Shown: one piece after another, positions 1 to 8,506 of the stretch | How the letters are laid out: every line of letters starts with the position of its first letter | Numbering within the stretch: position 1 is the first letter of the stretch | DNA from: Acidimicrobiales bacterium | GTDB lineage: Bacteria > Actinomycetota > Acidimicrobiia > Acidimicrobiales > SHLQ01 | Assembly (NCBI GenBank): GCA_965216815.1 | Contig: OZ244202.1 | Coordinates: 785,762-849,761, forward strand | DNA: 64,000 bases | Reading direction: 5' to 3' | Position numbers and translations under genes: made by a program | The notes under the pieces: model-generated | Databases searched by the model: none | Told to the model about the DNA's origin: nothing | Seen by the model: the letters and a program-made list of their open reading frames with translations, nothing else

Positions 1-1
1 T

Positions 2-238
2 GCCGGAAGCAATACCGCATACCTCCAGCGTCTCGCCGTGCATCCCGACAGCCAGGGAGCCGGGCTCGGTACCGAACTCGTGAACGATGCGCTGCGCTGG
101 GCACGAAAACGGGGCGCCGAGCGATGTTTCGTCAACACTCAGCTCGACAACACGAGAGCGCGCGACCTCTACGAAAGACTCGGCTTCGTGACCGAACCCG
201 ACCGTCTGCGCGTGCTCCAGCGGAATCTCGCGGTATGA
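2..238 (+). CDS. GNAT-family N-acetyltransferase, C-terminal part (5' end lies outside the window)
   Basis: The frame is open from the window edge. The translation 'YLQRLAVHPDSQGAGLGTELV...ARDLYERLGF' matches the GNAT acetyl-CoA-binding motif region. Stop is TGA at 236-238. Confidence 0.65.
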   Translation, partial: AGSNTAYLQRLAVHPDSQGAGLGTELVNDALRWARKRGAERCFVNTQLDNTRARDLYERLGFVTEPDRLRVLQRNLAV

Positions 239-2106
239 CTGCGACCACGCTCCGCCGAACGAGCTTCGCCCTCCTCGCAGCGGTGTTGCCGCTCGCGTGG
301 TTTGTCACCTCATCGACCACCAATACTGCCGGAGCAGCCCAGCTCGACCCCACCCTCGAGCTCGTCAGGTCGGACATGTGGCTGTCGCCGAACGATCCCA
401 TCCGCATCACCGTCGACACCGTCGCTACACCATCGGCGACCGTGACGGCACGGCTGTACGGCGTGCTGCCCGATCGAGCGGCATTTCTCGCCGCGCTCTC
501 CGGCGACCTCGGCGAAGTGCGCGAGAATTTCGAGCCCGAACCGATTCGAGCAAACAGGCCGACCCCGATCAACCGCGATCCATCGGCGTCGCTCCCCGAA
601 GGCGTCTACCCGGTCGAGATCACGCTGACCGCCGGCGACCGGGACCTCGACGAGATCACCGTGTTCATCGTCTCGACCGAACCCGACACGATGCTTCACG
701 CCGATCTCGCGCTACTCGCGGAGCCGGAAATCCCTATCGCACATCAACCCGACGGATCGGTCGACCTCGATGTCCCCTCCACGCTCGATCGAGCCGCCGA
801 GCACGCCGACATCCTGACCCTTCGCCTCACGGGTGAAACCATCGCCGCCGCGACCGAGACCGGCGTGTCCCTCGACCGCCTCGGAGACTTCGAGATTCCC
901 TCGGCAACCTTCGTCGACATCGAACCGAGCGCCTGGCTCGATGCCGACGCCGAGAGCCAACTGCGTGTACAACTCGAGGGAGGCCGCGACGCCATCGCGG
1001 CTGCGATCGACGCCGAGCCGGCCCCCATCTGGCTTGCCGAGTCGACAGCGAACACCGAATCCCTCGAGTGGCTGTCCGACGAGGGACTCGGCGGCTTCGT
1101 GCTGCGGCCGAACCAGCTACAGCCTCTGTTCGGCGACCCCGGTACACCGATGACCGCCCCCTTCACCCTCTCGTCGTCGGGCCGCGATCTCGTCGCCATG
1201 AGCGTCGACGAGGTGCTCGGCCAGCACCTCGACGAGACCGACACCGTGCTCGCATCCCAGAGACTTCTGGCCGACGTGGCCGTGATGATGCACTCGAGCG
1301 GCGCGACGCGGCACGGGTTCATAGCCGAACCGTCCACCATCGACGCGATCGACGACCTCCGGTCGCAGGTCGAGGCGTCGCCGTTCGTCGATTTCGCCCG
1401 CATCGAGAAGATGCTCGACGACGTGCCTCTCATGGCGACCGATTCCGGTGCCGGCGATCGGCCTCTCGTGCGCGCGCTCGACGGAGACGATCCGACGCCC
1501 ATCGACACGCTGCCCATCGAGATCCTCTTCGCGAACGCCGCCATCCAGACGTTCGACCAGATGCTCGTCGACTCGAAGGCCCCCATCGCGGCACTTCGTA
1601 CGAACGTGCTGGTCGGGAGCGCGGCGTCGCTCTCGTCGATAGAACGCGACGAGTACTTCGAGCAGGTCTACGACGACATCGACGCCGCGACCAGCGGCAT
1701 CGAAGCGCCGGAGGACGAGACGATCACGTTGACGGCGCGGACCCAGACCGTTCCGTACACGATCCGCAACGGGCTCGGCTACAGGGCGAACGTGTTGTTG
1801 GTGTTCGAGAGCGACACGCTCGACTTTCCCGACGGCGCGACGGTTGAACAACAGCTCGAACTCGGCGACAACCACCTCGACCTCAGGGTGCATTCCCGAT
1901 CCTCCGGCGATGCGGTCCTTCAGTTCACCGTGCGCTCACCCGACGCCACACGGCTACTGACGTCGTCTCGCGTTCGCGTACGGTCGACGGTGTTCTCCGG
2001 GCTCGGGATCGTCATCACGGTCGCCGCGCTAGCGGTGCTGCTGCTGTGGTGGGCACGTGAGATAGTGCGTTCCCGTAGAGCCCACAGAGCGTCGTCGATC
2101 AAGTAG
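235..2106 (+). CDS. Secreted or membrane-anchored hypothetical protein (N-terminal signal/TM, C-terminal TM anchor)
   Basis: ATG at 235 overlaps the upstream stop (ATGA). N-terminus 'MTATTLRRTSFALLAAVLPLAWFV' is hydrophobic, and 'GLGIVITVAALAVLLLWW' forms a C-terminal TM followed by a basic tail. Its position upstream of sigma/anti-sigma/trxBA/cwlM/parBA matches the DUF6049-type protein of other actinobacterial ori regions. The family assignment cannot be verified here. Confidence 0.55.
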   Translation: MTATTLRRTSFALLAAVLPLAWFVTSSTTNTAGAAQLDPTLELVRSDMWLSPNDPIRITVDTVATPSATVTARLYGVLPDRAAFLAALSGDLGEVRENFEPEPIRANRPTPINRDPSASLPEGVYPVEITLTAGDRDLDEITVFIVSTEPDTMLHADLALLAEPEIPIAHQPDGSVDLDVPSTLDRAAEHADILTLRLTGETIAAATETGVSLDRLGDFEIPSATFVDIEPSAWLDADAESQLRVQLEGGRDAIAAAIDAEPAPIWLAESTANTESLEWLSDEGLGGFVLRPNQLQPLFGDPGTPMTAPFTLSSSGRDLVAMSVDEVLGQHLDETDTVLASQRLLADVAVMMHSSGATRHGFIAEPSTIDAIDDLRSQVEASPFVDFARIEKMLDDVPLMATDSGAGDRPLVRALDGDDPTPIDTLPIEILFANAAIQTFDQMLVDSKAPIAALRTNVLVGSAASLSSIERDEYFEQVYDDIDAATSGIEAPEDETITLTARTQTVPYTIRNGLGYRANVLLVFESDTLDFPDGATVEQQLELGDNHLDLRVHSRSSGDAVLQFTVRSPDATRLLTSSRVRVRSTVFSGLGIVITVAALAVLLLWWAREIVRSRRAHRASSIK

Positions 2107-2154
2107 TTTCTTCGTTGGCGGGCAACTCGACTAGACGCGAGAAACGAAGGAACC

Positions 2155-2994
2155 ATGACAATTCGAATCGTCACCGACAGCGCGTGCGACCTGGAGAAGT
2201 CCGAGGTCGACGACAACGGCATTCGTGTCGTGCCCCTGTCGATTCGGTTCGGTTCCGATGAGTTCATCGACTGGGTAGATCTCTCGGTCGACGGGTTCTA
2301 CGAACTGCTCGACGAGCGTGAGGAGCTGCCCGAGACCGCCGCGCCGGCTCCTGGAGCGTTCACCGAGACGTTCCGGGAGCTCGCCGCCGAAGGTGCCGAC
2401 GGGATCTGTTGCATCAACCTCTCGGCGGGTCTCTCCGCCACGATGCAATCGGCCCAGACCGCCGCGGAAGCTGTCGCCGACGAGATCGAGGTGCGCGTCA
2501 TCGACTCGAAGAGCATCACGGCCGGCCTCGGCAGCATCGTGCTCGCCGCTTCGTCCGCCGCGCGCGACGGAGCCGGTTTCGAAGACATCGAAGCGCTAGT
2601 CGCCGACCTGAGCGACCGCACGCGAGTGTTCGGCGTTCTCGACACGCTCGACAACCTGCGCAAGGGCGGACGCATCGGAGGCGCTCAAGCGCTGGTCGGT
2701 TCGTTGCTCTCGATCAAGCCCATCATCGACCTGAGCTCGGGCACGGTCGAGGAAGCCGGCAAGCAGCGCACGCGAAAGCGTGCACTCGGGTGGCTTCGCG
2801 ACCACATCATCGAGGCGCAGCCGACCGACTCGCTCGCGATCATGCACGCCAACGCGCCCGACATCGACGAGTTCGTAGCGTCGCTGAGCGACCACATCGA
2901 CACCACCGACGTTCGTATCGCGAAGATCGGAGCCGTCATCGGCACACACGGTGGACCGGGCGTGATGGGAGCGGCCTGGCAGGAACCCTCCTGA
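2155..2994 (+). CDS. DegV-family fatty-acid-binding protein
   Basis: 279-aa ORF starting 'MTIRIVTDSACDL', followed by 'INLSAGLSATMQSA', the typical DegV N-terminal signature. A GAAGGA ribosome-binding site lies upstream. Confidence 0.85.
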   Translation: MTIRIVTDSACDLEKSEVDDNGIRVVPLSIRFGSDEFIDWVDLSVDGFYELLDEREELPETAAPAPGAFTETFRELAAEGADGICCINLSAGLSATMQSAQTAAEAVADEIEVRVIDSKSITAGLGSIVLAASSAARDGAGFEDIEALVADLSDRTRVFGVLDTLDNLRKGGRIGGAQALVGSLLSIKPIIDLSSGTVEEAGKQRTRKRALGWLRDHIIEAQPTDSLAIMHANAPDIDEFVASLSDHIDTTDVRIAKIGAVIGTHGGPGVMGAAWQEPS

Positions 2995-2996
2995 CC

Positions 2997-3587
2997 ATGT
3001 CCGCGGCCACCGGCGACGATCCGGAGCTGATCGCGGCCGCTAAGACCGGTGACCGAGCGGCGATCGAGTCCCTCCTGCGAACCCACTACGACAACATCTA
3101 CGCCGTCTGCTACCGGATGCTCGGCAACGCGGCCGACGCTGAGGACGCCGCACAGAACACGCTCATGTCGATCACGCGACGCATAGAGAGTTTCGACGGC
3201 CGAGCCGCGTTCGGAACCTGGGCCTACCGCATCGCAACCAACGCGAGTCTCGACGAAATCAGGCGGCGCAAACGCCACGCAGAGCCAGGTCTGTCCGAGA
3301 TCGAGCGAGCCGATGATGACATGGTCCACCGCGCGAAGGTTCGTTCGATCGACGAAGTGGAGACGAGCGACGAGATCCAGCGCGCGCTCGATCGGTTGCC
3401 CGAGATTTTCCGTGCCCCCGTGGTTCTGAGAGACCTGTTCGGCTACGACTACGCCGAGATAGGACGGATCCTCGAGATCGCCGCCGGTACCGTCCGATCG
3501 CGCATCGCCCGCGGTCGACAGATGCTGCGCGAACACCTCGGGAACCAACGGCCTACAGCCGACGTCAAAGTTGATGACCATGAGTGA
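2997..3587 (+). CDS. ECF (sigma-70 family) RNA polymerase sigma factor
   Basis: Internal ATG at 2997, directly after the DegV stop. 'DAEDAAQNTLMSITRRIESFDGRAAFGTWAYRIATNASLDEIRRRKR' matches region 2, and 'PVVLRDLFGYDYAEIGRILEIAAGTVRSRIARGRQML' matches the region 4 HTH. Confidence 0.85.
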   Translation: MSAATGDDPELIAAAKTGDRAAIESLLRTHYDNIYAVCYRMLGNAADAEDAAQNTLMSITRRIESFDGRAAFGTWAYRIATNASLDEIRRRKRHAEPGLSEIERADDDMVHRAKVRSIDEVETSDEIQRALDRLPEIFRAPVVLRDLFGYDYAEIGRILEIAAGTVRSRIARGRQMLREHLGNQRPTADVKVDDHE

Positions 3588-4539
3588 CAGCACCGATCCC
3601 CGCGAAGAACTGGCCTCGGCCCATCTCGACGACGAGTTGGATGCCGACGAGCGCGCGTTGATCGAGGGAGACGACGAGATGCTCGGCCTCGTCGAGGAGT
3701 ACCGGGCGATCTCGCATCGTGTCGGATCACCGCCCGCCGCTCGAGCCGGCGCTGTCGATGACGCCGTGGCTGCAGCGTTGACCGCCCTCGATGGTGAAGC
3801 TCCCGTCGGAGAAGACCCAGGCGAGGATCCCGCTGCCGACGTCATCGATCTCGGCGAGCGACGGCGATGGCGTTCACGGACCTTCGCCGGAATCGGGGTC
3901 GCCGCCGCGGCGCTGATCGGAGTCGTCGCGATCTCGAGCACCTTCGACTCCGACGACGACAGCGACCTCGCGACCCGCGCTGTACTCGCCGACGAGGACG
4001 CCGGGGGTGACAGCCTGGCGGGCGACGCCGAGATGGACATGAGCGAGGCCATGCAGGAGGGATCGATCGACGAGGATTTGACCGCCGGGGTGCCGACGAC
4101 CTTCGCCAGCGGGCCCGCCGAGGACGGCGAGGCCGCCGAGGACGGCGCCGAGACAGAACCCGAGGCCGCCGCGATGGATGCCTCCCCTGATCTGCGTCGC
4201 TTCCTCGAGGAGGATCCGGTGCGGCTGTTCGTCGAGACCGCGCGCATCGAACAGGATCTGCGCGCCCTTCTGCGCGCGTCCGACGGTAATGCAAGGTCGC
4301 TCGTCGACAGTTACGGACAGGAAGCGGTCGAGTCGGCAGACAGTAGAGAGCAGTCGACAATCGAGAGCTGTGGAGAATTCGGATCGGTCGTCATCGTCGA
4401 CCGCATCGGCGACGACGTCGTGGTCGTGACCGCAACCGATGATGAGGCGCTGCTCGACAACGCCGGCACCGACGACGACTACGCCTTCCTGCTCGTGCAT
4501 CCGTCGAGCTGTGCGATCATCGCGACGCTCATGCCCTGA
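3571..4539 (+). CDS. Putative membrane-spanning anti-sigma factor
   Basis: Overlaps the sigma gene by 17 nt. Has an acidic N-terminal domain, one TM ('FAGIGVAAAALIGVVAISS') and an extracytoplasmic acidic domain. No HxxxCxxC motif, so not ZAS type. The call rests on context only. Confidence 0.5.
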   Translation: MMTMSDSTDPREELASAHLDDELDADERALIEGDDEMLGLVEEYRAISHRVGSPPAARAGAVDDAVAAALTALDGEAPVGEDPGEDPAADVIDLGERRRWRSRTFAGIGVAAAALIGVVAISSTFDSDDDSDLATRAVLADEDAGGDSLAGDAEMDMSEAMQEGSIDEDLTAGVPTTFASGPAEDGEAAEDGAETEPEAAAMDASPDLRRFLEEDPVRLFVETARIEQDLRALLRASDGNARSLVDSYGQEAVESADSREQSTIESCGEFGSVVIVDRIGDDVVVVTATDDEALLDNAGTDDDYAFLLVHPSSCAIIATLMP

Positions 4540-4604
4540 AGTGACCCCGGTGTCAGACCAAAGTTTCACCTGAAGTGACCCCGGTGTCAGACCAAAGTTT
4601 CACC
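4537..4604. repeat. Perfect tandem duplication of a 34-bp unit
   Basis: 'TGAAGTGACCCCGGTGTCAGACCAAAGTTTCACC' occurs at 4537-4570 and again at 4571-4604. The first TGA is the anti-sigma stop codon. Confidence 0.9.
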
Positions 4605-4637
4605 TGATCGGAGGGTTCGGCACTAGGATCGCCGCCC

Positions 4638-4958
4638 ATGAGCGATACGAGCGTAGGCGTCGCCCACCCTCCAAACAGAGCGGGCGAGCGAGACTGGCCA
4701 GCGGAAGCCGCCGACCGGATCGTCGACACGGTCGACCAGGTCAGGGTCAAGACCACCCGCCCGGCGATCCTCGCGGCGCGGGTCATCGTCTACGGCATCG
4801 TTCTCGGCATGGTCGGGTTGGCGATCGCCGTGCTGTTGATCATCACGCTGTTCCGTCTGTCGTCCTACCTTCCGGGCGAGATCTACTGGGCCTACTTCGG
4901 CTGGGGGGTCCTGTTCACGATCCTCGGTATGGTGCTCTGGTCCAAGAGAGACGACTGA
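4638..4958 (+). CDS. Small integral membrane protein, hypothetical
   Basis: 106-aa ORF with two predicted TM helices ('VIVYGIVLGMVGLAIAVLLIITLF' and 'WAYFGWGVLFTILGMVLW'). No family recognised. Confidence 0.5.
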   Translation: MSDTSVGVAHPPNRAGERDWPAEAADRIVDTVDQVRVKTTRPAILAARVIVYGIVLGMVGLAIAVLLIITLFRLSSYLPGEIYWAYFGWGVLFTILGMVLWSKRDD

Positions 4959-5000
4959 GCCATCGCCGCAGCCGCCGTGCGGCGGCCGACGGGAGCACAG

Positions 5001-5957
5001 ATGAGCGAACCACGCGAAGTCATCGTGATCGGTTCAGGTCCGGCGGGTCTGACCGCTGCGATCTACACGTCGCGGGCAAACCTCGAACCGCTCGTCATCG
5101 AAGGTGAACCGTCCTCGACCAGCGACCAGCCGGGCGGACAGCTCATGCTGACGACCGACGTCGAGAACTACCCGGGCTTCCCCGAAGGGGTGATGGGTCC
5201 CGAGCTCATGGCGAACTTCCGGTCCCAAGCCGAGCGGTTCGGTGCCGAGATGGTGACGCGAAAGGTGAGTCGCGTCGATCTCTCTGAGCGGCCATTCAAG
5301 GTCTGGATCGGCGACACCGATGTCGACACCCCTACCTACTCTGCGAAGACGATCATCGTGTCGACGGGCGCCCATTCGCTCATGCTCGGGCTCGAGCGGG
5401 AGACCGAGCTGATAGGCCACGGCGTGTCAACTTGCGCCACCTGCGACGGGTTCTTCTTTCGCGACCAACACATCGCCGTCGTGGGTGGGGGCGACTCTGC
5501 GATCGAGGAGGCGACCTTCTTGACCCGCTTCGCTGAGAAGGTCACGATCATCCACCGCCGAGATGAGCTGCGCGCCTCGAAGATCATGCAGGATCGAGCG
5601 ATGGCAAACCCGAAGATCGAGTTCTTGTGGAACCACGTCGTCGAGCGCCTCGACGGCGACGGGTCGCTGAGCGGCATAGGCGTGCGCAACGTCGTGGATG
5701 AAACAGAATCCGAACTCGACGTCACCGGCCTGTTCATAGCGATCGGCCATCGCCCGAACACCGATCTGTTCGCCGGCCAACTGGCGATGAAGGACAGCGG
5801 CTACCTGATCACAGAGCCCGACTCGACCCGCACGAACGTCGAAGGCGTCTTCGCGTGTGGCGACGTACAGGACGACTACTACCGCCAGGCGATCACCGCT
5901 GCCGGCAGCGGTTGCATGGCGGCGATCGAAGCCGAACGCTGGCTCGAAGCGCAATAG
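5001..5957 (+). CDS. trxB: Thioredoxin-disulfide reductase
   Basis: 'VIVIGSGPAGLTAAIY' FAD motif, redox-active 'CATCDG', and 'VVGGGDSAIEEATFL' NADPH motif. ATG at 5001 is preferred over the GTG at 4977. Confidence 0.9.
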   Translation: MSEPREVIVIGSGPAGLTAAIYTSRANLEPLVIEGEPSSTSDQPGGQLMLTTDVENYPGFPEGVMGPELMANFRSQAERFGAEMVTRKVSRVDLSERPFKVWIGDTDVDTPTYSAKTIIVSTGAHSLMLGLERETELIGHGVSTCATCDGFFFRDQHIAVVGGGDSAIEEATFLTRFAEKVTIIHRRDELRASKIMQDRAMANPKIEFLWNHVVERLDGDGSLSGIGVRNVVDETESELDVTGLFIAIGHRPNTDLFAGQLAMKDSGYLITEPDSTRTNVEGVFACGDVQDDYYRQAITAAGSGCMAAIEAERWLEAQ

Positions 5958-5969
5958 GGTTTCGGTGCC

Positions 5970-6034
5970 GGTGTCAGGCACCGAGCTCAAAGTGGTCTTG
6001 GTCCGAGTGAGGTGTGAGCTCGGTGCCTGACACC
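5970..6034. repeat. 65-bp palindromic REP/MITE-like element, copy 1 (opposite orientation to copies 2 and 3)
   Basis: 20-bp arms GGTGTCAGGCACCGAGCTCA (5970-5989) and TGAGCTCGGTGCCTGACACC (6015-6034), with a 25-bp spacer. Confidence 0.85.
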
Positions 6035-6059
6035 GCCCCGAACTCGCAGCAAGGAAGCC

Positions 6060-6085
6060 GGAATCATTCAACAGTGGTTAGTGTT
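6060..6085 (+). promoter_or_regulatory. Candidate SigR/SigH-type (thiol-stress ECF sigma) promoter upstream of trxA
   Basis: GGAAT (6060-6064), an 18-nt spacer, then GTT (6083-6085). This matches the published GGAAT-N18-GTT consensus and lies about 50 nt upstream of the trxA ATG. Confidence 0.5.
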
Positions 6086-6133
6086 GAAACTTGGCGAACC
6101 CACTTCCTCTCGGGTTTCGCGAAAGGGAACGAC

Positions 6134-6460
6134 ATGTCCGCAGCAATAGCAACGCTCTCGGAAACGACGTTCGACGAGACGGTCGGATCCGCCGAGGGCC
6201 CTGTACTCGTCGACTTCTGGGCCGAGTGGTGTGGCCCGTGCAAGGCGATCGCACCGATTCTCGACGAGATCGCCGACGAACAGGCCGGCAAGATCACGAT
6301 CGCGAAGTTGAACGTCGACGAGTCACCCGAGATCGCCCGCCGTTTCGAGGTGCTGAGCATCCCCACCCTGATCGTGTTCAACGAGGGCGAGCCCGCCAAG
6401 CGTCTGGTCGGTGCAAAGGGCAAAGAGCAGCTGCTAGAGGAGCTGAACGACTTCATCTGA
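6134..6460 (+). CDS. trxA: Thioredoxin
   Basis: 'VLVDFWAEWCGPCK' active site. ATG at 6134 is preceded by GAAAGGGA. Confidence 0.9.
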   Translation: MSAAIATLSETTFDETVGSAEGPVLVDFWAEWCGPCKAIAPILDEIADEQAGKITIAKLNVDESPEIARRFEVLSIPTLIVFNEGEPAKRLVGAKGKEQLLEELNDFI

Positions 6461-6512
6461 AGGGTCTGAGCGCCTGGACCGAGGGACCCGATTCGCGCAG
6501 TAGTCTCGCGTC

Positions 6513-7511
6513 GTGAATCCCGACGATGAGAGCGGCTTTCCATTGCGGGTCGGCGCGGTTGGAGAAGTCGTGCGCGACCTGCACCGCAGGCTCGCCGATC
6601 TCGGCTTTGCGCGCGCCGACGAGCGCTATGACCGCTACGACGATCTCACCGCCGATCTCGTTCGAGGATTCCAAGAAGCCCATGGTCTCGATGTCGACGG
6701 CGCATGCAGCCGCTCGACGTGGCGCGCCATTGTCGAGGCCGGGTTTCGGCTGGGAGACCGCTTCCTCTATCTGCACACGCCGATGCTCTACGGCGAGGAC
6801 GTGGCTCAGCTTCAGTTGGCGCTCGGCGCGCTCGGGTTCGATGCTGGACGTGTCGACGGCATTTTCGGCCAGGACACTCGGGCAGCTCTGACCGAGTTCC
6901 AACGCAACGTCGGCCTGACAGCGGACGGCATTGCGGGGCCCGATGTCGCGGCTGCGCTGGGTCGGCTCGGTCAGCGACCGGACCGCGCAACGCCTGTGTC
7001 GAACGTCCGGGAACAGGAGCGCCTCCTCGGCCGACCCGAACAATTTCTTCACTCAAGTAGAATATTTATTGGTGACTTCGGTGACCTCGCTGTCCTCACG
7101 AACGCCATCGCTCGCTGCCTACGCGACCGTGGTGGCCACGTCGTGACGCTGACGCACCCCGACCCCGAACAACACGCCACGAGCGCGAACGACTTCGACG
7201 CCGACGTCTACATCGGAGTCGAGCTCGTTGGCGCCTCCGAACCCTCATGTAGGTACTTCGAGGTGGCTGAATTCGAGTCGGTCGGCGGCCGCAGACTCGC
7301 CGAACGCATCTCATCAGCCCTCGAGCCGCTGCTCGGCGACTCGATCGCCGCACGCGGAATGCGCCTCCCAGTTCTACGCCGCACGCGCATGCCTGCGGTG
7401 TCGCTCAAGCTCGGTCCTCCGCGGACCATCGTTCGATCTACACCTGAACTTTCGCGTGTACTCGCCGGCGCCGTCTCAGCGTGGTTGTCGAGTCCCGTCC
7501 AAGCGCCATGA
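6513..7511 (+). CDS. cwlM: CwlM-like protein: two peptidoglycan-binding repeats plus an amidase_3-like domain
   Basis: Two PG_binding_1-like repeats ('VRDLHRRLADLGF...LVRGFQEAHGLDVDGACSRSTWRAI' and 'VAQLQLALGALGFDAGRVDGIFGQDTRAALTEFQRNVGLTADGIAG') and a C-terminal amidase-like region. Sits between trxA and parB as in mycobacteria. Confidence 0.7.
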   Translation: MNPDDESGFPLRVGAVGEVVRDLHRRLADLGFARADERYDRYDDLTADLVRGFQEAHGLDVDGACSRSTWRAIVEAGFRLGDRFLYLHTPMLYGEDVAQLQLALGALGFDAGRVDGIFGQDTRAALTEFQRNVGLTADGIAGPDVAAALGRLGQRPDRATPVSNVREQERLLGRPEQFLHSSRIFIGDFGDLAVLTNAIARCLRDRGGHVVTLTHPDPEQHATSANDFDADVYIGVELVGASEPSCRYFEVAEFESVGGRRLAERISSALEPLLGDSIAARGMRLPVLRRTRMPAVSLKLGPPRTIVRSTPELSRVLAGAVSAWLSSPVQAP

Positions 7512-7517
7512 GCGGCT

Positions 7518-7548
7518 TACCCACACCGTTACCCACAGCTGTGGATAA
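7518..7548. promoter_or_regulatory. Three-box DnaA-box-like module (site A)
   Basis: TTACCCACA (7518-7526), TTACCCACA (7529-7537) and TGTGGATAA (7540-7548; reverse complement of the perfect box TTATCCACA). Lies in the convergent cwlM/parB spacer. Confidence 0.5.
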
Positions 7549-7618
7549 GGGTGAGGGCAACCCTTTGATCGACGTTTTGCCCGTTGGTCGAGGGTTTGAT
7601 CGAGGGTTTCGACAGTGT

Positions 7619-8506
7619 CTACGGGGTCCCGAGACCACTGATGAGGCGATAGATCCGTTCCAGGTCATCAAGATCGGCAAAACTGACGGCGATGGTGCCT
7701 CGCTGTTTCGTCATCGAGATCCGCACATGAGTTGACAACTGTTCAGCCAACATTTCCTCGAGCTCGAGCACACCGGGCTCCGAGACGCGCGGACGCAACG
7801 GCGCATCGGCCTTCGGTTTAGGCTTCGGGAGATCGGTAGATTCGGTTTCCTCACCTCGACTCAGTCGTTCGGTCTCACGAACGGACAAACCATCGGCAAC
7901 AACCCGTTCGGCCAGTTGGACCTGGTCATCGGCATCGTCGACGGCCAACAGCGCACGCGCATGCCCTGCAGAAAGGTCACCGTCGGACAACATCCGTTGC
8001 ACTACCGGCGCCAGTTGAAGGAGCCGTAGTGTGTTGGTTACCGCCGACCGACTCTTGCCAACGCGCTCGGCGACTTCGTCCTGTGTCATCGCGAAGTCGT
8101 CGACCAGCTGTTGATATGCGGCTGCCTCGTCGAGGGGGTTGAGGTCAGTTCGATGCAGGTTCTCCACCACCGCTTGCTGAAGGAGTCCAGCTTCCTCGAC
8201 GTGCCTGACGATGGCCGGTATGTGGGACAGTCCGGCACGCTTCGCCGCGCGCCAGCGACGCTCCCCGGCGATCAGCTGGTACCGATCTCCGTCGGGACGC
8301 ACCAGAACCGGCTGGAGCACTCCGAGCTCTCGTATGGACGCGGTCAGCCCGGCAAGGGCCTCCTCATCGAAACTGGTCCTCGGCTGGTAGCTGTTCGGCT
8401 CGATATCGCCGACCGGTATCTCGAGGTACTCGGCGGTCGCCTCGCCGACGACGTCGGTGGGGATCAGCGCTCCGAGACCCCGACCGAGACCGCTAGGTCT
8501 GTTCAC
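7619..8506 (-). CDS. parB: Chromosome partitioning protein ParB
   Basis: 'GLGRGLGALIP' N-terminus, 'QPRTSFDEEALAGLTASIRELGVLQPVLVR' ParB box, and an HTH region. GTG start. Confidence 0.9.
   Translation of the reverse strand: MNRPSGLGRGLGALIPTDVVGEATAEYLEIPVGDIEPNSYQPRTSFDEEALAGLTASIRELGVLQPVLVRPDGDRYQLIAGERRWRAAKRAGLSHIPAIVRHVEEAGLLQQAVVENLHRTDLNPLDEAAAYQQLVDDFAMTQDEVAERVGKSRSAVTNTLRLLQLAPVVQRMLSDGDLSAGHARALLAVDDADDQVQLAERVVADGLSVRETERLSRGEETESTDLPKPKPKADAPLRPRVSEPGVLELEEMLAEQLSTHVRISMTKQRGTIAVSFADLDDLERIYRLISGLGTP

Noticed and set aside
2685-4247. 520-aa ORF on the minus strand, antisense to the sigma and anti-sigma genes
   Set aside because: It is a Ser/Ala/Arg-rich low-complexity translation typical of shadow ORFs in high-GC DNA. 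The opposite strand encodes recognisable sigma-70 regions 2 and 4.
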